Shown: positions 6,770 to 13,806 of the stretch, in pieces
How positions within the stretch are numbered: the first letter of the stretch is position 1
How the letters are laid out: every line of letters starts with the position of its first letter
IMG/VR virus record: IMGVR_UViG_3300047288_000113
Coordinates: 1-28,660 of that record
Length of the DNA stretch: 28,660 nucleotides
Origin: a virus
Taxonomy: Duplodnaviria > Caudoviricetes
Strand: one strand, 5' to 3'
The notes under the pieces: generated by a model
Told to the model about the DNA's origin: nothing
Database searches by the model: none
The model's input: the letters and a program-made list of their open reading frames with translations, nothing else
Translations under genes and position numbers: made by a program

Positions 6770-7104
6770 GTGTTCTTCTCCTTTAGTTTGGCTTCAAAGT
6801 ATCGGATTAAACCTTCGTGGCAGGTCATTTCCATAATCTCCTCGTAAGTCAGCCCAACCCATTCACGCTTTGGTGGTGCGGCATAAAGCGGTTCCCATCC
6901 GTTAGCCAACGCCCAGTCTTTATGGGTAGTGACATTCCCATACGCTCCCGGCTCATGCCACGCCACAGGCTCCGGTTCAGGCTGCGCTAGTCGGTCACGC
7001 AGGGCTTGTTGTGCTCGCAATACTTCCTGTCTGTCTCTTGCTAATGGGGTGGTTGCAACATACAACGCATCCAGCGCCATCTGCATTAGTTCACGGTCTG
7101 TCAT
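6766..7104 (-). CDS. Hypothetical early protein, mosaic paralog
   Basis: EPVAW, PLYAAPP, WVGLT and EAKLKEKNT blocks; ATGA overlaps. Confidence 0.8.
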   Translation of the reverse strand: MTDRELMQMALDALYVATTPLARDRQEVLRAQQALRDRLAQPEPEPVAWHEPGAYGNVTTHKDWALANGWEPLYAAPPKREWVGLTYEEIMEMTCHEGLIRYFEAKLKEKNT

Positions 7105-7217
7105 TTCACACCTCTTTCACCCTTGTCACAAAAAGAGCACCGGCGTTTCCAAAACCACACCTTTACCTCGCCGCATTCACAACAAACAACATTTAACAAC
7201 TTTTTTAATAGCTTCAT
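7101..7217 (-). CDS. 38-aa CxxC...CxxC peptide (possible zinc ribbon)
   Basis: MKLLKKLLNVVCCECGEVKVWFWKRRCSFCDKGERGVK; fills the gap exactly with ATGA overlaps at both ends. Confidence 0.6.
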   Translation of the reverse strand: MKLLKKLLNVVCCECGEVKVWFWKRRCSFCDKGERGVK

Positions 7218-7381
7218 CGCACTTCCTTCTTTGGTTTTGCAAGTTCTTCTGAGCAAAACGATATAGCCTGCCCTATCTTCTTAACAAGCACTTGCTCAAT
7301 CAAAGGAATAACTGCCTCGTGCAAGTACTCTCGTATGGCCTGCTCTTGTTTTAAAGTTAATTCATAATCGCGGTTTGTCAT
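7214..7381 (-). CDS. Hypothetical protein (55 aa)
   Basis: Start MTNRDYEL at an ATGA junction with GGAG RBS. Confidence 0.65.
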   Translation of the reverse strand: MTNRDYELTLKQEQAIREYLHEAVIPLIEQVLVKKIGQAISFCSEELAKPKKEVR

Positions 7382-7497
7382 TTGTCTCTCCATATCGCTA
7401 TCCCAATTCCAATGTAAACCAGCACAACAAACCACCAGAGTTCTTTGGCGGCCTGCGCTGCCATGCCTGATTGAATCCACCAAACTTGATCGCTCAT
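7378..7497 (-). CDS. 39-aa membrane peptide
   Basis: MSDQVWWIQSGMAAQAAKELWWFVVLVYIGIGIAIWRDK; ATGA overlaps at both ends; GGAG RBS. Confidence 0.6.
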   Translation of the reverse strand: MSDQVWWIQSGMAAQAAKELWWFVVLVYIGIGIAIWRDK

Positions 7498-7697
7498 TTT
7501 TCAATCTCCCGAATTTCAATGATGATCTGGACTGCTTTTGCTTCGTTCCAGGGCGCGTTGATGTTTTTCAAATACTGCACCGCTTGCCCGCGCTTGCGAA
7601 ATATCGCGGTTTTAATCGGATCGTAGAACGCCTGGTTAACTTTCCAGATCAGATGGCCCCGCTTGTTTTTTAAAGCCCATCCTTTGATTTGCTTCAT
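7494..7697 (-). CDS. Hypothetical basic protein (67 aa)
   Basis: Start MKQIKGW at an ATGA junction with AAGGAG RBS. Confidence 0.65.
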   Translation of the reverse strand: MKQIKGWALKNKRGHLIWKVNQAFYDPIKTAIFRKRGQAVQYLKNINAPWNEAKAVQIIIEIREIEK

Positions 7698-7876
7698 CGC
7701 ATCTCCTTGCATTCAATATCGGATCTAAACGGCGGCCAGCCTGTGCTTGGATCTTCGCGCCACTTGGCGACCATCTCGCAGTACTGCTGTTCCTGCCTGA
7801 CTGATTCCTCGTAGTCGTCTTGGCCGACGTAGCCGGCCGCGAGGATCAGCGCCACCAAACCGAGCGCGTATCTCAT
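7694..7876 (-). CDS. Small membrane-anchored or exported protein (60 aa)
   Basis: Hydrophobic N-terminus, then YCEMV...GWPP motif; AGGAG RBS; ATGA overlap. Confidence 0.7.
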   Translation of the reverse strand: MRYALGLVALILAAGYVGQDDYEESVRQEQQYCEMVAKWREDPSTGWPPFRSDIECKEMR

Positions 7877-8067
7877 GCTTGTCTCCTGATGATGTGTTTG
7901 GATTCCCACTCGATGACGTCGTCCATGCGGTACATCGCGCGTGGTCGCTTGCCGTCACCGAGCCTGATAAAGCGCGGGCCTTTTCCCTCGCGGCGCCAGT
8001 TCGAGAGCGTTTCCGGCGTGATGCCGTAGCGCTCTGCGACCTGGCGTGGGTGCAGCAGGTCGCTCAT
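7873..8067 (-). CDS. Excisionase/AlpA-like HTH protein
   Basis: [34 protein letters not shown]...YRMDDVIEW pattern. Confidence 0.85.
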   Translation of the reverse strand: MSDLLHPRQVAERYGITPETLSNWRREGKGPRFIRLGDGKRPRAMYRMDDVIEWESKHIIRRQA

Positions 8068-8333
8068 CGATTTTCTCCTGTGGCTTTAGCAATGGCGGCG
8101 CGGGCACGCTCGAATTTCTCCATCGGGCCGATGCTTTCCAGTTCTAGCAGCACGTCTTGCAGCGCTTCCAACAGATCAGGCGCTGCGGCGATTAGGCGGG
8201 CGTTGGCTTCATCTGTGTCGCCTTCGCCGTACGTGAATGCCAATCTGAAAGTTACGGATTCCGACCCGATTTCATAAAAACCGTTGTCGTCGTATTGGCT
8301 GAACCAAGGCCCAGGTGTGTGCTTCGCTTCCAT
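8064..8333 (-). CDS. Hypothetical phage protein (HTPGPW...[16 protein letters not shown] family)
   Basis: Widely recurring phage early-gene motif. Confidence 0.8.
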   Translation of the reverse strand: MEAKHTPGPWFSQYDDNGFYEIGSESVTFRLAFTYGEGDTDEANARLIAAAPDLLEALQDVLLELESIGPMEKFERARAAIAKATGENR

Positions 8334-9061
8334 CAGATCACCTCGCCGGTTTCGGGGTTGACGTCGATGGTTTCCGGCTGCTTGGCGACCGCATCGAGCT
8401 GCGCTTTGCGGGCATCCTTGGCCGCTACGATCTTGTCGCGGGCAGCCAGATCCTTGTATTTCCTGGCGGATGCAATGCCAGCGTCGTATGCGGTTTTCAG
8501 GGCGGCTTTGTCTGCGGCCTTGGCGATGGCATCGAGCGCCGGGGTTAGCCAGTCGGTGGTGGGTGCTACCGGCTCGTCGTCAAACCCGCCCGGTGGGACT
8601 TCCTCGGCCGGCGTGGTGGAAAGGCCAGCGTTCATCATCACGACCACGTGGGCAAATGCCGACCGGCAGGCGCGGGAAATCGCCCGCGTCTGTGCCATTG
8701 CGCGGATCGCGTAGTCCGGGCGCTTGGGCAGCGTTCTGCCGTTGGCCTGGCCACCGAACCATGTAGGCTCGTCCGGGCCGACGTAGCCTTCGGCGGTTGC
8801 GATCAGCGCTCCGGTGTCCATGCGGATGACCTTGCCGACTGCGGAAAACCCGCCTTCCTCGGTTTTGGTCACTTCGCCTGCGCTGGCTACGCAGCCGTGG
8901 GCGATGGCGATGGCCTGCCAGCCTTCGACCTGCACAAACTTGCGGCCTTGGATCGGCTTGGCGGTGGCGACCACGATCTCTTTGCAGAGGCTTGCGGCAT
9001 CAGTGGATGCCCGAAACAGGGCGGGGCCGTTGGATTGGACGGTTGTCAGTTCTTTGCTCAT
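8333..9061 (-). CDS. Putative single-strand annealing or recombination protein
   Basis: Directly downstream of the RecE-like nuclease; ends VNPETGEVI; GAGG RBS. Function inferred from synteny only. Confidence 0.5.
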   Translation of the reverse strand: MSKELTTVQSNGPALFRASTDAASLCKEIVVATAKPIQGRKFVQVEGWQAIAIAHGCVASAGEVTKTEEGGFSAVGKVIRMDTGALIATAEGYVGPDEPTWFGGQANGRTLPKRPDYAIRAMAQTRAISRACRSAFAHVVVMMNAGLSTTPAEEVPPGGFDDEPVAPTTDWLTPALDAIAKAADKAALKTAYDAGIASARKYKDLAARDKIVAAKDARKAQLDAVAKQPETIDVNPETGEVI

Positions 9062-9063
9062 GG

Positions 9064-9900
9064 TTAGATTTCCTCTTGGTTGTAAGTTGCCCATTTGGGC
9101 AGGGTGATGGTCTGGATCTCCGGTGAGTAACCGGGCCAGGCGTCAAACTCGGCGCAGCTCATGTACTGTTCGATGTCGCGCTCGCGCAGGGTGTTGCCAA
9201 GCGTCAGGGCTTCGGCGTCGAGCTCGTAGACTCCGACCGCGTAGGGCGCCTTCTTTTCGATGGCAATGAAGATGAAGCGTTCAGCCTGCGTGCCGGCCAA
9301 GTAGTGCGCTGCCTGCACGTGGTAGCGGTAGGCTGCGATCGATCGGGCGAACCCGACGGAGCTGGCATCTTCGGTGGTCTTTAGGTCGACCACGATGCCG
9401 TCGTTTTGGCGCCAGTAGTCGGGCCGGGCTTTGCACTCGGCGGCGTTCTTGTGCGTCCAGAACACGCTGTGCTCGACCACGCCACCTTTAAGCAGGCCGG
9501 CGGCTATTGGGTGTTGCAGAATACTTGCCACCATTGCGAAAATCACATCATTGTCGGACGCAGAAATGATGCTCTTGCCCGATGCGACCAGTTTTTCGTA
9601 GGCGGCCTTGCCATCCTTGGTGCGCCTGTCGCCTTCCCATACCGCGTACTCGGATGCAAAGCGATCAGGCTCGAGCACTGCGGTGTGCAGGGCTGTGCCG
9701 AATTGCATTGCCGGTGTGGGCGGCTCTGCTACGCCTTCCAAATACGCCTTGGCGTGCAGTGGCGACTTGGCCATGCGGTCTAGCAGCGACTTCGATACTG
9801 CCGGGTGCGCGTGGTACTCGGCTGCTGGCATGTCCGGCACGACGCGCGGTGGCGCAAAGGGCGCCAGCGCCTGCTGGATTGTGGGGTGTACGTTTGTCAT
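9064..9900 (-). CDS. RecE/exonuclease VIII-like PD-(D/E)XK nuclease (DUF3799-like)
   Basis: YHAHPAVSKSLL, FGTALHTAVLEP, CKARPD, VDLKTT and YHVQAAHY motifs. Confidence 0.9.
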   Translation of the reverse strand: MTNVHPTIQQALAPFAPPRVVPDMPAAEYHAHPAVSKSLLDRMAKSPLHAKAYLEGVAEPPTPAMQFGTALHTAVLEPDRFASEYAVWEGDRRTKDGKAAYEKLVASGKSIISASDNDVIFAMVASILQHPIAAGLLKGGVVEHSVFWTHKNAAECKARPDYWRQNDGIVVDLKTTEDASSVGFARSIAAYRYHVQAAHYLAGTQAERFIFIAIEKKAPYAVGVYELDAEALTLGNTLRERDIEQYMSCAEFDAWPGYSPEIQTITLPKWATYNQEEI

Positions 9901-9923
9901 GCTTGATCTCCTTGTAAGTTAGC

Positions 9924-9980
9924 CGATGTGTTTTTCTCATCGGTGTTGGCATTGTGCCAACGGTTTTACAAGGATGTCAA
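9924..9980 (-). promoter_or_regulatory. Leftward early promoter with two tandem 19-bp operators
   Basis: Minus-strand TTGACA-18-CACAAT; CGATG-N9-CATCG at 9924 and TGTTG-N9-CAACG at 9944. Confidence 0.7.
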
Positions 9981-9995
9981 GCGGTGCGGTGGGAT

Positions 9996-10589
9996 TTATT
10001 CGGATTGGGTGAGAATGGCCAGCGTTGGGACGAACACCTCGACTTCGACGTCTGTCAAAACCCCGGCCGGGCCACTGACGTTGTATCGCCCTTTTTTGTA
10101 CCCGCGCCGGACAGTGCCAAAAACGCAGACCCCGTTTTTCAGCTTGGCCGCGCCGAAGGTGTCCAGGGGCATCTTGTCGGCTGGCACGTGGGGGCCACCA
10201 AAGATCAGCCAGCCGTCCATGTGCTCTAGCGCCGATCCTGCGGTGCGACACTGGACGGCGGTCGAGCCTGCTGGCATGGGCTTTGGCGGGGTGACGCGCT
10301 CGCCGTCGTAGCCCATGCAGTGGATCTCGCCGTGGGTGTCCATGTAGGCAGCCAGCGGGACGGTCTGCTCACCCTGGTCAATCGGGACGCCTGCGTTGCG
10401 CAGGACTTCGGACACCGGCAGGCCGATGAGCCTAGCGATGTCGGCCGCTTCCTTAAACTGCATGCGTCGCCTGCCGGAAAAGGTCAGGCTGATGGCGGAC
10501 TGGTCGAGGCCGAGCTTCTTGGCCAGTTGCCGTTGCGACAAGCCGGCATCGGCCAGCTTTTCCTTGAACCACTTGGTGTCGATGGCCAT
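9996..10589 (-). CDS. cI: CI-like repressor (XRE HTH)
   Basis: LSQRQLAKKLGLDQSAISL HTH; divergent from the cro-like gene; ATG at 10589. Confidence 0.85.
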   Translation of the reverse strand: MAIDTKWFKEKLADAGLSQRQLAKKLGLDQSAISLTFSGRRRMQFKEAADIARLIGLPVSEVLRNAGVPIDQGEQTVPLAAYMDTHGEIHCMGYDGERVTPPKPMPAGSTAVQCRTAGSALEHMDGWLIFGGPHVPADKMPLDTFGAAKLKNGVCVFGTVRRGYKKGRYNVSGPAGVLTDVEVEVFVPTLAILTQSE

Positions 10590-10596
10590 ACCGCCA

Positions 10597-10686
10597 ACTC
10601 TGATGAGATAAGCGCAACAAGTCAACCCCTGTGTCTTGCGTGTACCCTGATGGCAATGTATCATCGGTGGTGTTTTTATCTCATAG
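10597..10686. promoter_or_regulatory. Divergent immunity region with three operators
   Basis: Operators at 10601, 10648 and 10668; plus-strand TTGCGT-17-TATCAT (10636-10664); minus-strand TTGACT-17-CAGAGT (10625-10597). Confidence 0.72.
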
Positions 10687-10695
10687 GATTAGGTC

Positions 10696-10923
10696 ATGGC
10701 TACCCCCGCAGACAAAGTGATCGAGGTTTTTGGAGGCGTCCGAGCGACTGCGCGGATGCTCGGTCTGAACAGCAGCAGCGTGTCGCGCTGGCGCATGCCG
10801 GCAGACAAGCGAGGCCTTAACGGGCGAGTACCGTCCGTTCACCAAGGCACCATCTTAAGGATTGCCAGGGAGCGTGGCCTTAGACTGTCGGCCGCAGATC
10901 TTATCTATGACTCGGTTGCCTGA
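10696..10923 (+). CDS. cro: Cro-like HTH protein
   Basis: VIEVFGGVRATARMLGLNSSSVSRW; 75 aa; divergent from the repressor. Confidence 0.82.
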   Translation: MATPADKVIEVFGGVRATARMLGLNSSSVSRWRMPADKRGLNGRVPSVHQGTILRIARERGLRLSAADLIYDSVA

Positions 10924-11095
10924 CAGCGATGTGGCAAAAGGTCACAGATTGTCTGTGCAAGCAGCAGCAGAGTTCCTCTCGAAATGTCAGACTCGTGAGT
11001 ACCAGCTGGATGCGCTGGATTACTGGCGCGATCTGTATGGCGAGGAGTACGCAGCGCAGGTTAAGGCTGCCGTTAAGTGGGCGGAGCGCTGGTAG
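10907..11095 (+). CDS. Hypothetical protein
   Basis: Fills the gap between cro and the helicase; start uncertain. Confidence 0.55.
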   Translation: MTRLPDSDVAKGHRLSVQAAAEFLSKCQTREYQLDALDYWRDLYGEEYAAQVKAAVKWAERW

Positions 11096-11098
11096 CCG

Positions 11099-12472
11099 AT
11101 GAGCTTTGCCCTTCGCCCATATCAGTCTGACTTGATCGAGCAGGCTCGAGCTTTAATTCGTGCCGGCGAGAAGTCGATCTTGATCCAATCTCCGACCGGC
11201 TCTGGCAAGACTGCGCTTACCGCGCACATGCTTGGCGCTGCAGCCGAGCGCGATCACCAGTCGTGGTTTGTCGTGCACCGTCGGGAGCTCGTGCGCCAGT
11301 CGGCCCGCACGTTTTATTCTGTCGGGATTCCTCACGGCATCGTGGCTGCTGGCTTTGCCGGCGCGGTGCTGCAGCCGGTGCAGATCTGCTCGGTGCAGAC
11401 GCTCGCCAATCGGCACGCTCGGATGCGCAGGCCCAAGCTGATCGTGTGGGACGAGTGCCACCACGTGGCGGCAGCGTCCTGGGCCAAGATCCACGAGGCG
11501 TATCCTGATGCGATTCACATCGGGCTGTCGGCCACACCTGAGCGTCTGGACGGTACGGGTCTGGGCACGTGGTTTAAGAACATCATCCTTGGGCCTTCTG
11601 TGTCGTCGCTTATCGATGACGGGTTCTTGGCGCCTTATCGCCTGTTTGCTCCATCTCGGCCGGATCTTGGCGGCGTGCACACTCGCATGGGCGACTTCGT
11701 GCGCTCGGAGGCTGCGGCCGTCATGGATAAACCGTCGATCACCGGCGATGCGGTGGCGCACTACCGCAAACTGGCGGCTGGCAAGCGGGCGGTAGTGTTT
11801 TGCACGTCCATCGAGCACAGCCAGCACGTGGTTGCGCAGTTCCGGGCGGCTGGCTTTTCTGCAGAGCATGTCGATGGCGAGTCCAATCCGCATGATCGGG
11901 ACGCGGCGCTGCGTCGGTTTGAAGCTGGCGAGACGCTGATCCTCTCGAATGTGGATCTGTTCGGTGAGGGCGTGGACATTCCTGGCATCGAGGTGGCGAT
12001 CCTGCTGCGGCCGACGCAGTCGTTGTCGCTCTATCTGCAGCAGGTGGGCAGGGCGCTGCGGCCTGCGCCTGGCAAGGCCGAGGCGCTGATTCTGGATCAT
12101 GCCGGCAATGCGCTACGCCACGGCCTGCCTGACGATGATCGGAGCTGGTCGCTTGATGGCGCCAAGAAAAAGCGCAAAGCTCGCGATGGATCTGAGGTGC
12201 CGGTCAAGCAGTGCCCGAAGTGTTTTTCCGTGGTTCGGGCTCAGGTTCAGAAGTGCGCCTGCGGGCATCTGTGGATACCGCAGGGCAGGGAAGTTGCGCA
12301 GGTTTCCGGTGAGCTGCAGGAGGTGGATCCTGCGCTGCTTCGCCGGCAGAAATATCGGGAGCAAGCATCAGCGAAGTCGCTCGATGATCTGATCCGATTG
12401 GGTGCATCGCGTGGGTATCGCAATCCGCGAGCCTGGGCGCTGCATGTTTATCAAGCCCGCAACAGGGCATAA
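11099..12472 (+). CDS. SF2 DEAD/DEAH-box helicase with C-terminal zinc motif
   Basis: LRPYQ, PTGSGKT, DECHH, SAT, QQVGRALR and CPKC...CACGH. Confidence 0.95.
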   Translation: MSFALRPYQSDLIEQARALIRAGEKSILIQSPTGSGKTALTAHMLGAAAERDHQSWFVVHRRELVRQSARTFYSVGIPHGIVAAGFAGAVLQPVQICSVQTLANRHARMRRPKLIVWDECHHVAAASWAKIHEAYPDAIHIGLSATPERLDGTGLGTWFKNIILGPSVSSLIDDGFLAPYRLFAPSRPDLGGVHTRMGDFVRSEAAAVMDKPSITGDAVAHYRKLAAGKRAVVFCTSIEHSQHVVAQFRAAGFSAEHVDGESNPHDRDAALRRFEAGETLILSNVDLFGEGVDIPGIEVAILLRPTQSLSLYLQQVGRALRPAPGKAEALILDHAGNALRHGLPDDDRSWSLDGAKKKRKARDGSEVPVKQCPKCFSVVRAQVQKCACGHLWIPQGREVAQVSGELQEVDPALLRRQKYREQASAKSLDDLIRLGASRGYRNPRAWALHVYQARNRA

Positions 12473-12486
12473 CTAAGGAGAGAAGC

Positions 12487-12768
12487 ATGGAAGAGAGTTT
12501 TGATTTTGGTGTTGCTTTAGATCATTTGAAGTCAGGAAATCGAGTTGCTCGTTTTGGATGGAATGGTTCCGGCATGTTTTTGTTTTTGGTGAATGGTTCG
12601 ACGTTTAATGTCAATCGGCCACCGTTGCTTGGTATCTATCCTGAAGGCACACAAATCAACTATCGATCACACATCGACATGAAAACGGTTGATGGATCTA
12701 TTGTTCCTTGGGTGGCAAGCCAGACCGACTTGCTTGCCGATGATTGGCACACGGTGGGGGGGATGTAA
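12487..12768 (+). CDS. DUF2829 / Tad2-family protein
   Basis: FGVALDHLKSGNRVARFGWNG.GMF...VPWVASQTDLLADDW signature; AAGGAG RBS. Confidence 0.85.
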   Translation: MEESFDFGVALDHLKSGNRVARFGWNGSGMFLFLVNGSTFNVNRPPLLGIYPEGTQINYRSHIDMKTVDGSIVPWVASQTDLLADDWHTVGGM

Positions 12769-13044
12769 ATGGCTAAGAAAATCTACGACCTTGCCGTGAA
12801 AACCGGCAGCTATACCGACCGTTCCGGCCAAGAGAAGGGGCGCTGGAAGAACATAGGCAGCGTGCTGCAAATGGACGACGGCGGAAAAATGATCTTGATC
12901 GATCGGACATTTAACCCGGCCGGCGTGCCTTTCAAGGACGGCAGCGATCAGATTGCGGTGTCGATGTTCCCGCCAAAGGAGGCCGATGGCAGCAAGCCTG
13001 CGGGTGCGGCGCCTTCTGGGATGGATGATGACATTCCGTTCTAA
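12769..13044 (+). CDS. Putative ssDNA-binding protein
   Basis: YTDRSGQEKGRWKNIG beta-rich core and acidic MDDDIPF tail. Confidence 0.7.
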   Translation: MAKKIYDLAVKTGSYTDRSGQEKGRWKNIGSVLQMDDGGKMILIDRTFNPAGVPFKDGSDQIAVSMFPPKEADGSKPAGAAPSGMDDDIPF

Positions 13045-13249
13045 CGGACAGACGCGCACCGGCGCGTTTGTCGAGGCATGGGCAAACGTGGCGATTGGCT
13101 ACGGGATTAACCTGGCGGCCAATCTCGCGGTGCTGCCCATGTTTGGCTTTAACGTGACCATTGTCGACGCTGCCGGGATCGGCCTGATTTTCACGGTGAT
13201 CTCGGTGGCGCGTTCTTATTTTGTGAGGAGGATTTTCAATCGTGCGTAA
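13025..13249 (+). CDS. Small two-TM phage membrane protein
   Basis: EAWANVAIGY...FTVISVARSYFVRRIFN, a recurrent phage family. Confidence 0.75.
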   Translation: MMTFRSNGQTRTGAFVEAWANVAIGYGINLAANLAVLPMFGFNVTIVDAAGIGLIFTVISVARSYFVRRIFNRA

Positions 13250-13382
13250 ACGACTACATTTCGGTTTTCAGCTAAACAAAGACCGGCCTTGGATCGCGTT
13301 TGGGATTGGGTTCATCAACAAGTGGCAGAGCTTTGTGATCGTTTTCATGATGTTTGAGTTTCGCGTGGACTATGACTACTGA
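13242..13382 (+). CDS. 46-aa hypothetical protein
   Basis: GTG start with GAGGAGG RBS; overlaps both neighbours; below the ORF-track cutoff. Confidence 0.55.
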   Translation: MRKRLHFGFQLNKDRPWIAFGIGFINKWQSFVIVFMMFEFRVDYDY

Positions 13383-13734
13383 GCAGTCGATCATGCACCA
13401 GTGCATGCTGGCGCTTTCGCAGGCCGGCTGCGCTGTGTTTCGGACCAACATCGGGCTGTTTTTCACCCGGGATGGCCGGCCTATCCGGTCGGGATTGCCT
13501 AATGGTTTTCCCGACCTGTTTGGGTTTCGCTCGGATCTGATGCCGTTTTTTGTCGAGGTGAAGTCGGCTGCCGGTCGCTTGCGGCCTGAGCAGGCGGCGT
13601 TTTTGGACGCCATGCGTGCTCGCGGTGCGATTGCGGTCGTGGCCCGGTCTGCCGATGATTGCGTGGCGCAGGTGTTGCGGATTTCACATCAACGGTCTAA
13701 TATTCGCATGGGGCTTGATCTCACCGACGGGTGA
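13372..13734 (+). CDS. VRR-NUC domain nuclease
   Basis: GFPDL...FVEVKSAAGRLRPEQ..FL motif. Confidence 0.9.
   Translation: MTTEQSIMHQCMLALSQAGCAVFRTNIGLFFTRDGRPIRSGLPNGFPDLFGFRSDLMPFFVEVKSAAGRLRPEQAAFLDAMRARGAIAVVARSADDCVAQVLRISHQRSNIRMGLDLTDG
13673..13703 (+). promoter_or_regulatory. Putative primase promoter overlapped by an operator
   Basis: TGTTG-N9-CATCA at 13673-13691; TTGCGG-17-TAATAT at 13675-13703. Confidence 0.55.
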
Positions 13735-13806
13735 GGTGACGAGGCTTAGTGTGTCCTGGCGCGGGGCTGCCCCACCTTCTATTTCGCGCCTGTTACGGGA
13801 GACAAA

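Noticed and set aside
11153-12100. Long antisense ORFs (also 16517-17689, 24349-25119, 4815-5486)
   Set aside because: Shadows of GC-rich genes on the opposite strand, with no recognisable motifs.
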